This document shows, piece by piece, positions 29,904-38,729 of a stretch of DNA of 64,000 bases. The stretch lies in assembly GCA_963665125.2 (NCBI GenBank), contig CAXXUK010000001.1:1280001-1344000 (forward strand), given 5' to 3'. Source of the stretch: an uncultured Desulfarculus sp. (GTDB lineage: Bacteria; Desulfobacterota; Desulfarculia; Desulfarculales; Desulfarculaceae). Each line of letters opens with the position of its first letter. The stretch's first letter is position 1. The notes below the pieces were generated by a model, which made no database searches, was not told the origin of the DNA, and saw nothing but the letters and a program-made list of their open reading frames with translations. Position numbers and translations under genes: made by a program.

Positions 29904-31187
29904 TTAATCTTCGAAGTCCCCTGCGGGGCCCTTGTCGCTGTTGATGCCCTTGGCCATTTCGCGGATTTTCGCCTCGGTCCACTGGGCCGGGTCCTCGATG
30001 CGCCGGCCCTTGGCACCCAAATCGAAATTATTGGCTGCCAGGATGGTCTCCACGGCCAGGGGCGCGGTGTCGGCGGCATTGAACACGTCGGCGAGCAGGC
30101 CGTAGATAAAGTCTTCCACTGCTTCGGCCATGCCCTTTTGAACCGCGGCGGGCTGGCTGAGAATCTTGTTCTCAAAAGGCAGATTGAGCTTCTTGTAGTT
30201 GCCGCCCTTCCAGCCCTGCTCGGCGGCATAGGCCTTCATTTGCTCCCAGACCTCGGGGCTGACGCCCTTGCCCTGGATCTTTTTGAACTCGCCGTCTGCC
30301 AGCGCCGCATTGCCGTATTCATCGACCTCAACGCCCCAGGAAATCATCTGCAGGGCCGTGGCCACGTTGGCCTTGGTGGTGTGGGTCTCGGCGGCAATGG
30401 CCCGCAGGCGGTCGGAGTTGTTGCCGCTGGTGCCGTGCTGGGCGCCGGAAACCTTGTACGGCGTCAACGCCGCGTGAATTTCCTTGGTCAGATCCACCTG
30501 GATGCCCTGGTCGGCGGTCTGAATGCCGTGGGCCGTGCCGTTGTTGAGGGCGATCCAGTCCGGGAAGATGTCATGGGCGTTGAGGCCCTTGATCAGGAAC
30601 AGGGCCTCCTGGGCAGTGGACATGCCTTCCTTGCCCTTGATCTCGCCGACCTCGGTTTCCAGACCAGCCCAGGCCGGAACCAGTGGATTGAGGGCGATGC
30701 TGGCCAGCAGGTTTTCATCGTCGGGCAGGTGGCTGGCGTCGATGGCGATGGAGGTGATGCCCGCATCGAACATGGTGGGAATCTCCACCTGGGCCTGCTT
30801 GATGTCCTTTTCACCCTTGATGCCGTAATGGTCGGCATGGATGGCCACGGGCACGGTGATACCCATCTCGTTCATGAGCTGGTCCACGTATTTGGCCATG
30901 TTCCAATAGTTCACGGGGCAATAAGCCGAGGCGCCGCCCTCGCTCTTGGCGATCTCGATGATGATGGCCGCGTTGGCCTTTTGGGCCGCGGCCAGAGCGC
31001 CCCGGATTACCAGAGTGTTGCGGCCGTTTGCGGCGATGGTCATGGCCTTGCCTTTTTTAAGCATGGCCCGGTCGATGACCTTGCCGCTGACGATCAGCGC
31101 CCTGGAGTTGGGAAAGAGTTTGACGATGTTCGGCGGCCTGCCTACGGAAAGTGCTTTTTCAAAATCTGCTGTCGTTATGTTAGGCAT
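29904..31187 (-). CDS. fba: Class II fructose-bisphosphate aldolase
   Basis: AIHADHYG, AIDASH, ETEVGEI, NNGTAHG, AQHGTSG, KANVATAL. ATG at 31187 with GGAGG RBS. Confidence 0.88.
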   Translation of the reverse strand: MPNITTADFEKALSVGRPPNIVKLFPNSRALIVSGKVIDRAMLKKGKAMTIAANGRNTLVIRGALAAAQKANAAIIIEIAKSEGGASAYCPVNYWNMAKYVDQLMNEMGITVPVAIHADHYGIKGEKDIKQAQVEIPTMFDAGITSIAIDASHLPDDENLLASIALNPLVPAWAGLETEVGEIKGKEGMSTAQEALFLIKGLNAHDIFPDWIALNNGTAHGIQTADQGIQVDLTKEIHAALTPYKVSGAQHGTSGNNSDRLRAIAAETHTTKANVATALQMISWGVEVDEYGNAALADGEFKKIQGKGVSPEVWEQMKAYAAEQGWKGGNYKKLNLPFENKILSQPAAVQKGMAEAVEDFIYGLLADVFNAADTAPLAVETILAANNFDLGAKGRRIEDPAQWTEAKIREMAKGINSDKGPAGDFED

Positions 31188-31309
31188 ACGGGTTATCCTC
31201 CCATAAGATAAGAAAAGAGCATATTGAGCCGGCGCCAAGACGCCTATGGAAAGGCATCAGCGTCAACGGTTCTAACGCTGATCATACTACAATCGACCGG
31301 GGGACCAAA

Positions 31310-32491
31310 ATGAGAATTCTGTTGTATGCGGGCAAAGGAGGCGTAGGCAAAACCAGCGTGGCCGCGGCAACCGGTGTTGTGGCGGCCCGGCGGGGTCAAA
31401 AAACCCTGGTCATGAGCCTGGACCCGGCCCACAGTCTCAGCGACGTATTCGACCTTGACATATCCTTGATGGACAAAAACAAAGGCAAGCCCAACGAGGT
31501 TGCCGAAAACCTGTGGATCCAAGAGCTGGATATCCATGAAGAAATAGTGGACCACTGGGGAGAGGTGCACAAGTATCTTTCCCAGCTTCTGGCCACCACC
31601 GGAGTTGACGACGTACTGGCCGAGGAACTGGCCGTGTTGCCGGGCATGGAAGAGGTCAGCGCCCTGTTGCATATAAACCGCTATTACAACCAGGAAGCCT
31701 ATGACCTGGTAATCTTGGACTGCGCGCCCACGGCCGAATCCCTGCGTTTCATCAGCCTGCCCCAGACCCTGGACTGGTACATGAGCAAAGTCTTCCGCCT
31801 GGAGCGCAATATCGTCAAACTCGCCCGGCCCGTGGCCAAACGTTTCTATGACGTGCCCCTGCCCGAAGACCGCATGTTCGACTCCATCGAGCGCATGCAC
31901 CAGCGCCTGCACGGGGCCGACAACCTGCTCACCAACATGGAAACAACCTCGGTGCGCCTGGTCTGCAACCCGGAAAAGATGGTCCTGCGGGAGACACAGC
32001 GGGCGTTTATGTCTTTCAGGCTCAACGGCCTGGCCATAGACGGCGTGATAATCAACCGTATTCTGCCCCAGGACGCCCAGAGCGACTTTTTCGGGCATTG
32101 GGCCAACGTTCAGAACAAGTACCTGGACATGGCCAGGGAGTTCTTCCAGCCGGTGCCCCTGTTCATGGCCCCGCTGGGCGAGGACGAGGTGCTCGGCGTG
32201 GAGGCCCTGGGCCGTTTCGGCGATCAGATATTCGGCCAGATCGATCCGTCCAAGGTCTTGTACCGCCGCCAGTCCATCGACTTTATCCGCAAGGATGGCC
32301 GTTGCAGCGTAAAGCTGCACATGCCCTTTGCCCAAAAACAGGAAATCGATCTGGCCAAGATAGGCGACGAGTTGATTGTCCGGGTGGGCAATATCAAGCG
32401 CAGCATTATCCTGCCCCGTGCCTTCGCGGCCCTTGAGCCCACCGGGGCCAGTCTGACCAACGATGAATTAATGATCAAGCTGGGGGAATAA
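31310..32491 (+). CDS. ArsA/GET3 family ATPase with C-terminal HSP20-like domain
   Basis: GKGGVGKTS, DPAHSLSD, LPGMEE, DCAPTAESLR; C-terminal GDELIVRVGNIKRSIILP. Confidence 0.9.
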   Translation: MRILLYAGKGGVGKTSVAAATGVVAARRGQKTLVMSLDPAHSLSDVFDLDISLMDKNKGKPNEVAENLWIQELDIHEEIVDHWGEVHKYLSQLLATTGVDDVLAEELAVLPGMEEVSALLHINRYYNQEAYDLVILDCAPTAESLRFISLPQTLDWYMSKVFRLERNIVKLARPVAKRFYDVPLPEDRMFDSIERMHQRLHGADNLLTNMETTSVRLVCNPEKMVLRETQRAFMSFRLNGLAIDGVIINRILPQDAQSDFFGHWANVQNKYLDMAREFFQPVPLFMAPLGEDEVLGVEALGRFGDQIFGQIDPSKVLYRRQSIDFIRKDGRCSVKLHMPFAQKQEIDLAKIGDELIVRVGNIKRSIILPRAFAALEPTGASLTNDELMIKLGE

Positions 32492-32492
32492 G

Positions 32493-32738
32493 ATGACCGA
32501 AGAGCAAGAATGTAAAGAGGCCAACGAGGAAAAATCCGCCAAGGAGCAGCAGTGGACCTGCCCCCTGGGCAGCGCGGCCAAGGCCATGGGCTGTGATGCC
32601 CGGGCTGCCCGACGCTTTTGCGTGCACATGGGCAAGGCAGGCCTGGAGGTGCTTAAGGCATTTGAGACGCTGTTGCAGGCCGCGGCGGGCGAAGAAACTC
32701 AGCCGACCAAAAAGGCAACCAAGATCAATATCGACTGA
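32493..32738 (+). CDS. Small hypothetical protein coupled to the ArsA/GET3 ATPase
   Basis: Starts 1 nt after the ATPase stop; amphipathic helix HMGKAGLEVLKAFETLL; tail KATKINID. Confidence 0.7.
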   Translation: MTEEQECKEANEEKSAKEQQWTCPLGSAAKAMGCDARAARRFCVHMGKAGLEVLKAFETLLQAAAGEETQPTKKATKINID

Positions 32739-32873
32739 TGGCCGGTTATAAGCCGGAGCGCCGGGGGCTGGAATCGCCGGGTGGTGACACTCACCGTGAC
32801 GTCCCGGTTGAGGGCTCCATGGGCAAGCCGTGCCCCATTCCACCATCCGTATATCACGGGAATAGCCATAGCC

Positions 32874-34124
32874 ATGAAAAAACCACTCATTGTGCTGATG
32901 TTGGGTTTGTGTCTCACCGTGACTGGTGTTTCGTTTGCCAAGACACAGGCCAATAAAGACTCTTATTCCGTTTTGTTCGAGGAAATCGTTGGCATCGTGG
33001 AAAGGCATTTTTACGATCCGGACAAAATCGCCAACGCGTTTCCCGCCATCCATGCCACTTATCGCGCGCAATTTAAAAATGAATCCACCCGGAATGGATT
33101 TTCCAGGCTCGTGAACAAGATGCTTGGTGAACTAAACGCCTCCCACACCTACTATCTGACCCCTGACGATTATGAGTACTACCAGCTGGGAGCGTTGTTT
33201 TGGAAAATACCCCAGATCAACGCCGTATTCAAAGGAAGGGAGGTGGTTTACCCCACGGTGGGAATTATTAGCCAGACCATTGAAGGACGGCCGTATGTCG
33301 TTTCAGTTCTCGCCGGAAGCGCTGCCGAACAAGCGGGCCTGTTGAAAGGCGATGAAATCCTTTCGGTCAACGGAGAGCCTTACACGCCCATCGCCTCGAT
33401 CCGGCAGTCTGTCGGCAGGGATGCGGCCTTTAAAATCAGGAGATCCGAACAATCAGAGCCGTTCACCGTTTTAATGCGGCCCACACTGGCAAACCCCACG
33501 CAGGAGATGCTGGAGGCGCAAAAAGCCAGCATCCGGATCATTGAAAGGCAGCAAAAGCGCATAGGCTACATTCACATCTGGTCCTATGCCGGCGAGGAAT
33601 ACCACACGGAACTCCACAACGCCCTGGTTTGGGGAAAACTAAAGGACGCCGATGCCCTGATTATTGACATACGTTATGGCTTGGGCGGGGCGTGGCCCTA
33701 TTACCTCAACATCTTCAACCGGAACATCCCGGCCCTCAAGATGCGCGAAAGAAACGGCTCGGAAAGCGTCGTCGATTCCCAATGGAGAAAACCGGCCGTG
33801 TACCTGGTGAACGGGTTTAGCCGTAGCGGAAAGGAATTATTGGCATTCGGCGCCAAAAAGTACCATTTGGCAACCGTACTTGGCGAACGAACCGCGGGGC
33901 ACACCCTGGGAGGCAGGCTATTCCCCTTGTCAAACGGTGACATGCTTTATCTTGCAGTGCAGAGTTGCCGTATTGACGGCGTGGATCTGGAAGGTGTTGG
34001 CGTGGCTCCCAACATCGAGGTTCCCTTTGATGTTCGGCATTGCGCTGGTCATGACGTTCAACTTGAAAAGGCTCTCGACCACCTTGTTGAGCAACTGGAG
34101 GCCAAGCAGTTACCCGTCCGGTGA
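32874..34124 (+). CDS. S41 family exported peptidase with PDZ domain
   Basis: Signal peptide; ELNASHT, PDZ (GSAAEQAGLLKGDEILSVNG), IIDIRYGLGG, SRSGKE, GERTAG, LEGVGVAP. Confidence 0.9.
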   Translation: MKKPLIVLMLGLCLTVTGVSFAKTQANKDSYSVLFEEIVGIVERHFYDPDKIANAFPAIHATYRAQFKNESTRNGFSRLVNKMLGELNASHTYYLTPDDYEYYQLGALFWKIPQINAVFKGREVVYPTVGIISQTIEGRPYVVSVLAGSAAEQAGLLKGDEILSVNGEPYTPIASIRQSVGRDAAFKIRRSEQSEPFTVLMRPTLANPTQEMLEAQKASIRIIERQQKRIGYIHIWSYAGEEYHTELHNALVWGKLKDADALIIDIRYGLGGAWPYYLNIFNRNIPALKMRERNGSESVVDSQWRKPAVYLVNGFSRSGKELLAFGAKKYHLATVLGERTAGHTLGGRLFPLSNGDMLYLAVQSCRIDGVDLEGVGVAPNIEVPFDVRHCAGHDVQLEKALDHLVEQLEAKQLPVR

Positions 34125-34301
34125 GTTGTTTCGGAAAACATCGCAATATTGCGCCGGCAGGCCCTGCCCTCGCAAAGGCCTTGCCTTATAAAGGCCGTTT
34201 GCATTATTGCTTTGTAGGTGACCTGTAAGCATATGCGTTCACGAGCCGGCACTTTCCGTGCCTGTTCAAACCGGCCACATGCGGCAAAGGGGCGTTAAGC
34301 A

Positions 34302-36029
34302 TTGAACTCCTTATATCTGGCGCTATTTTGTTTTGTCGGCTACATCATCGCCTACTTCACCTATGGCAAATTTCTGGCCCGCAAAATCTTTAAAATTGAC
34401 CCCACGGCAATCTGCCCCAGCGAAACATTACAAGACGGGGTTGACTACGTGCCCACGCCCAAAGAGGTTTTATTCGGGCACCATTTCACCTCCATAGCCG
34501 GCCTGGGCCCCATTGTCGGCCCGGCAATCGCCGTTATCTGGGGCTGGCTGCCGGCCATGATCTGGGTATTTCTCGGCTCGATATTCATGGGCGCGGTGCA
34601 CGACTTCGGCTCATTGGTGGCCTCCATGCGCCATCAGGGCCGCTCGGTGGGCGAGATTGCCTCCAAGATAGTCACGCCCAGGGTGCGGACCCTGTTCCTG
34701 CTGGTCATCTTTTTCGAGCTTTGGATCCTGATTGCCGTGTTCGCCCTGATCATCGGCATTTTGTTCAACATGTACCCCCAGTCGGTTATGCCGGTCTGGC
34801 TGGAGGTGCCCATCGCCCTGTTCCTGGGACTGGTAATTTACCGGCGAAAAGACGGGCTGCATTTTTGGGGCGGCGTGGCCCTGGTCCTGATGTATCTGAC
34901 GGTTATTATCGGCGCTTACGTTCCCTTGAAGATGCCCACTATCATGGGATTCAACCCAATCGTGCTGTGGGCCATCATCATGCTGGTCTACTCGTTCATC
35001 GCCTCCGTGCTGCCGGTGACGACCCTGCTGCAACCGAGGGACTACATCAACGGCCACCAGCTCTTCGTTGCCCTGATCCTTTTATTGGTCGCCGTGGCCG
35101 TGGCCCAGCCGGTCATTATCGCACCCATGATCAACAACAGCCCGACCGGGGCGCCGCCGGTGCTGCCGTTTTTATTCGTGGTGGTGGCCTGCGGCGCCAT
35201 CAGCGGATTCCACGCCATGGTCAGTTCGGGCACCAGCGCCAAACAGTGCGCCTCGGAAAAGGACGCCCAAATGGTGGGCTACGGCTCCATGCTTGTGGAA
35301 GCCTCGCTTTCCACATTGGTGATCATAGCCGCGGTGGCCGGCTTGGGCATGGGCATACTGGACGACGGCGGCAATACGCTCACGGGTCTCGCGGCCTATA
35401 TGGATCACTATGAAACATGGGCCGAGGCCTCGGGCCTTGGGGCCAAGCTGTCGGCCTTTGTGATTGGTTCGGCCAACATGATCGAGGCCATCGGCATTCC
35501 AAAGGAAATCGCCATGACCATCATGGGCGTGTTCCTGGTCAGTTTCGCGGCCACCACCCTGGACAGCGCCACGCGCATCCAACGCTATGTGGTGGGCGAA
35601 CTGTTTACCGCCTGGAAGATGCCCAAGCTGGCCTCCGCCTACCCGGCCACGACCATCGCCGTGGGCACCGCGGCCCTTTTGGCCTTTCACCAGGGCTTTG
35701 ACCTGGAGGACGTCAAGGCTGGAGCCTTGACCCTGTGGCCGCTGTTCGGCACGGTCAACCAGCTGTTGGCCGCCTTGGCCCTGCTGGTGCTCAGCGTATA
35801 TCTGGCCCGCCGGGGCACCAAAATCATTTTCACCATAATTCCAATGCTGTTCATGACCCTGATGACCGGATGGGCCATGGTCTACAACATGCAATCGTAT
35901 TTCACCACCAACAACTGGCTGTTGTTCTTCATCATCACCTCGGTGATGGTCCTGGAGTTGTGGATGCTGGTGGAAACCTTTATGGTGCTGCGGTACGTGT
36001 TGAACAAAAACCATAGGTTGCGGGCCTAG
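34302..36029 (+). CDS. cstA: Carbon starvation protein A family transporter
   Basis: DGVDYVPT, GHHFTSIAGLGPIVGP, ACGAISGFH, LWPLFGTVNQLLA. Confidence 0.93.
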   Translation: MNSLYLALFCFVGYIIAYFTYGKFLARKIFKIDPTAICPSETLQDGVDYVPTPKEVLFGHHFTSIAGLGPIVGPAIAVIWGWLPAMIWVFLGSIFMGAVHDFGSLVASMRHQGRSVGEIASKIVTPRVRTLFLLVIFFELWILIAVFALIIGILFNMYPQSVMPVWLEVPIALFLGLVIYRRKDGLHFWGGVALVLMYLTVIIGAYVPLKMPTIMGFNPIVLWAIIMLVYSFIASVLPVTTLLQPRDYINGHQLFVALILLLVAVAVAQPVIIAPMINNSPTGAPPVLPFLFVVVACGAISGFHAMVSSGTSAKQCASEKDAQMVGYGSMLVEASLSTLVIIAAVAGLGMGILDDGGNTLTGLAAYMDHYETWAEASGLGAKLSAFVIGSANMIEAIGIPKEIAMTIMGVFLVSFAATTLDSATRIQRYVVGELFTAWKMPKLASAYPATTIAVGTAALLAFHQGFDLEDVKAGALTLWPLFGTVNQLLAALALLVLSVYLARRGTKIIFTIIPMLFMTLMTGWAMVYNMQSYFTTNNWLLFFIITSVMVLELWMLVETFMVLRYVLNKNHRLRA

Positions 36030-36077
36030 CCGGTTTCATCCCAGTCGGGCGATGGCCCACAACCATGGGATGCGAAT

Positions 36078-36110
36078 ACGGCCGTCTGGATTCAGGCGGC
36101 CGTTTTTATT
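36078..36110 (+). terminator. Intrinsic terminator after cstA
   Basis: ACGGCCGTCTG-gatt-CAGGCGGCCGT followed by TTTTATT. Confidence 0.7.
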
Positions 36111-36185
36111 ACCAGTATCCAGGGCCTACAACTCGTTGTCATGACTGCATTTACAGGACTTGTCCGGTTTACCTTCATCCCTCGT

Positions 36186-38594
36186 TTATTCTTTTTTCAA
36201 CCCGCCACAACAGATGTCGCAACCATCTTCGGGAAGGCTGGGCCCAAACATCCTTCTCAGCGGCACATGCAGAGGGCTGGTCACGAAAAATATTGCCGAG
36301 CCCACCAAGCCGCCGGGCGCGATATTGGCCTCGAAATCGGCAAGCCTGCCTTTGACCTCAATAGGTGTCTCCAGGCTGAAGAACTGGGCCTTTTTGGCCT
36401 GGGGCGCCAGATGAACAAAAACCGTTTCGTTTTTAAAGTCCAGCTCGGCCTCGCCATTGACCCGCATTTTACTGGTGTCGATAACCAGGCTCTCCTGCCG
36501 GAGGATGCCGTTGGTCAGTTTCAAACGGGCAAGCAGGCAGTTAATCCGTGATTGTTGCTGGGCCGTAAGGCTCTTGAAGATCGCGAACACTATGTTGGCA
36601 GCCCAAAGATCCATGATGCCGGCGCCCATGTCTTCCGGTTTGATCCAGACATTCAGATAACCGCTGGCATTGGCCATCAGGCGTTCACTGTCCGTATACC
36701 TGCCATTTATCCTGCCATCCAGGGAAAATAACCCCTTGGCCTTTGTTTGGGGGTCGCCGCGCCTGGCCAGGACGCCGTAATCGAAATTGTCTATCTTGGC
36801 CCACACATCCAGGGCGTCTTCGGTCTTGCCGGGTTTGAGCCAGCCGCCCGCCCGGACCTGGCCGCCGGGTATATTCACCTGCAAGTTGTTTATGGACATC
36901 CGACCATCGGCAATGGATAGGTCAAAAATCCCGGAGCCTAGTTCGTCTTGGCCGGAGCGCACCTGATTCACTTCGAGTTTCAATTTGGCCTTGAAGCCAT
37001 CCAGAACATCCGGGCTCAATATTTTTCCGAGTGGTTGCCCGGTGCCGCCTACTGCCAACTCTGTTTTTACCATTGTTTCCCGGCCGGTTTTTGTCTTTGC
37101 CGCGGCCGCCTTTTCCGGCTTGCCATTTTTCGTGAGGAAATCATCCAATTGCAGGAGTTTTGTTTTGAGGTCAATTGTCAGTTCAGGGACCTTGCCCGTG
37201 GTGACCAGGGACATCCAACCCGTGAGGTCGCTACGGCCCACAAGCAATTCCATCCCCTTGAGTTCATAACCCGATTTACCTATGCGCAGGTTGCCTTTCA
37301 GCTCATACGGTCCCCATTCGGGCAGAGTCACCCCTAGCAATTCACTCATGGAAGCCATTGATTGGCCCCGCATGTTAACGGCAAGGGACGCATCGCCGCT
37401 ATTGAGCGGCAAAGCCGTTATAGAGGTCATCTCCACCTCAGCCCCGGCCAAGGCCGCCTTGAATTCCAACTTTACGGGCTTGCCGCCGTCGATGTTTTCT
37501 CCTGGCGCCGGACCGGCCACGGCAATATTTGCAGAAATGCCATTCAATGACCCTTCCAGCGTCAATTGGGAATGTTGTCCGGGAGTTACGTCCCATTCCC
37601 CTCGTAAGAGCCTGACCTCGGCCTGAGCCTTGGTGTTGGAGTCCTGTAATATCCAATAGCCGTCTGTCAGCGATGCCTTGATATTTAATGATTTCATGAT
37701 GCTCGACAGGTCGTTTCCACTCCATTTGACATGCAAATCAACCTGCTTGGCCTGCGCCTTGATGCCGTCGATCAATCCTAGCCATTGAACCAACCCGCCA
37801 ATGTCGACATTGGTGAATTTCATCTTTGATTCGGAAGCGAATTGTTCGTCCTTGAGCAGCAACTGGCCGTGGGCCTCGATCGCCGATCCTCCCAATTTAC
37901 CTTCAATGCTGGTATTCCATTGGCCCCGCCCCAGGAACGCTCCCAAAGGGCTGGCTCCGATATTCAATGAAAAATGATAGTTGTCAACCCTGCCCTTGGC
38001 GTGAAAATCGACTTCGACACTACGCCCCGCCTGTCCGTTCAGCCCTTCCAGATACAGTTCATGTTGGCGGTTGCCCCCCTTGTCAAAGTACTTCAGAACG
38101 ATATTTTCCAGTTCCACACCGCTGAGTTGCACCAACCTGAGGCCGGTCCGCCCTTCCTTGTTTTCTTCTTTCGGTGGTGCGGATTGCCCCTCATTATCGG
38201 TCGAGGCCAAACAAACCAAAACGTCCCCAGCCTTGAGAGAGCTGATGCAAAGGTCCCCAAACAGCATGTCCCACAGCCCGACCTGACATTGCAACCGGCC
38301 TACTTTGGCCAGGGTCTGGTAATGACAGCCTTCGGGGTTTTGAATGGTTACATCGGCTATTTCTAGGCTGGGCCACAATGACAAGGTCAGGTATATCGGT
38401 CCGGCAACAGCGGCCTTGCGATCCGTGGCGCCTTCAACCATGCGCTCAACGGTTGGGGCAAATCGGCTAAGATCGATCCTCGGCTCGAAAATCAAGATGG
38501 CGGCCACCGCGATAAACAGCATGCCTAGCAAAACGGCAACCACCAACAACAGGATTTTATTTAATCTCGGCTTCATCGGTTTTACTAAGTCCAA
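36186..38594 (-). CDS. AsmA-like protein (bridge-type lipid transport superfamily)
   Basis: N-terminal TM, SLWPSLEIADVTIQNP, long beta-strand repeats, C-terminal INCL......NG...LVIDT..PIEVKG.L. Confidence 0.85.
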   Translation of the reverse strand: MDLVKPMKPRLNKILLLVVAVLLGMLFIAVAAILIFEPRIDLSRFAPTVERMVEGATDRKAAVAGPIYLTLSLWPSLEIADVTIQNPEGCHYQTLAKVGRLQCQVGLWDMLFGDLCISSLKAGDVLVCLASTDNEGQSAPPKEENKEGRTGLRLVQLSGVELENIVLKYFDKGGNRQHELYLEGLNGQAGRSVEVDFHAKGRVDNYHFSLNIGASPLGAFLGRGQWNTSIEGKLGGSAIEAHGQLLLKDEQFASESKMKFTNVDIGGLVQWLGLIDGIKAQAKQVDLHVKWSGNDLSSIMKSLNIKASLTDGYWILQDSNTKAQAEVRLLRGEWDVTPGQHSQLTLEGSLNGISANIAVAGPAPGENIDGGKPVKLEFKAALAGAEVEMTSITALPLNSGDASLAVNMRGQSMASMSELLGVTLPEWGPYELKGNLRIGKSGYELKGMELLVGRSDLTGWMSLVTTGKVPELTIDLKTKLLQLDDFLTKNGKPEKAAAAKTKTGRETMVKTELAVGGTGQPLGKILSPDVLDGFKAKLKLEVNQVRSGQDELGSGIFDLSIADGRMSINNLQVNIPGGQVRAGGWLKPGKTEDALDVWAKIDNFDYGVLARRGDPQTKAKGLFSLDGRINGRYTDSERLMANASGYLNVWIKPEDMGAGIMDLWAANIVFAIFKSLTAQQQSRINCLLARLKLTNGILRQESLVIDTSKMRVNGEAELDFKNETVFVHLAPQAKKAQFFSLETPIEVKGRLADFEANIAPGGLVGSAIFFVTSPLHVPLRRMFGPSLPEDGCDICCGGLKKE

Positions 38595-38729
38595 CTCATT
38601 GTGCTATTGAATAAGTTGTCCCAACAAGGTCCTACAGACGGTTAGCTTAAGTATTTTGCTGCAACAACTGATAATTCAATATGATAGCCACAAGTTCCGG
38701 CTTATCTGGGATGGGGGAATCTCAGAGGA

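Noticed and set aside
31310..32491. Arsenic resistance (arsA) call
   Set aside because: Single-domain ATPase with an HSP20-like tail and no ars operon genes nearby.
32742..32850. Nested GC-rich stems (GGAGC...GCTCCA, GCCGGG/CCCGGT, GGTGA-cac-TCACC) superficially like a tRNA or riboswitch
   Set aside because: No T-loop GTTCRA, anticodon arm or recognisable riboswitch core; 5-6 bp stems are expected at this GC content. An Infernal scan would settle it.
32493..34124. Small ORF ends in TGA in frame with the S41 peptidase (possible Sec/readthrough fusion)
   Set aside because: The S41 gene has its own signal peptide at 32874, the TGA is not in a redox motif, and the intervening peptide looks non-coding.
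34247..34262. sigma54-like CGGCAC-N-GTGC (GG-N10-GC) upstream of cstA; similar weak site near 57051
   Set aside because: Imperfect -12 element and equally explained as a short hairpin; too weak without TSS data.
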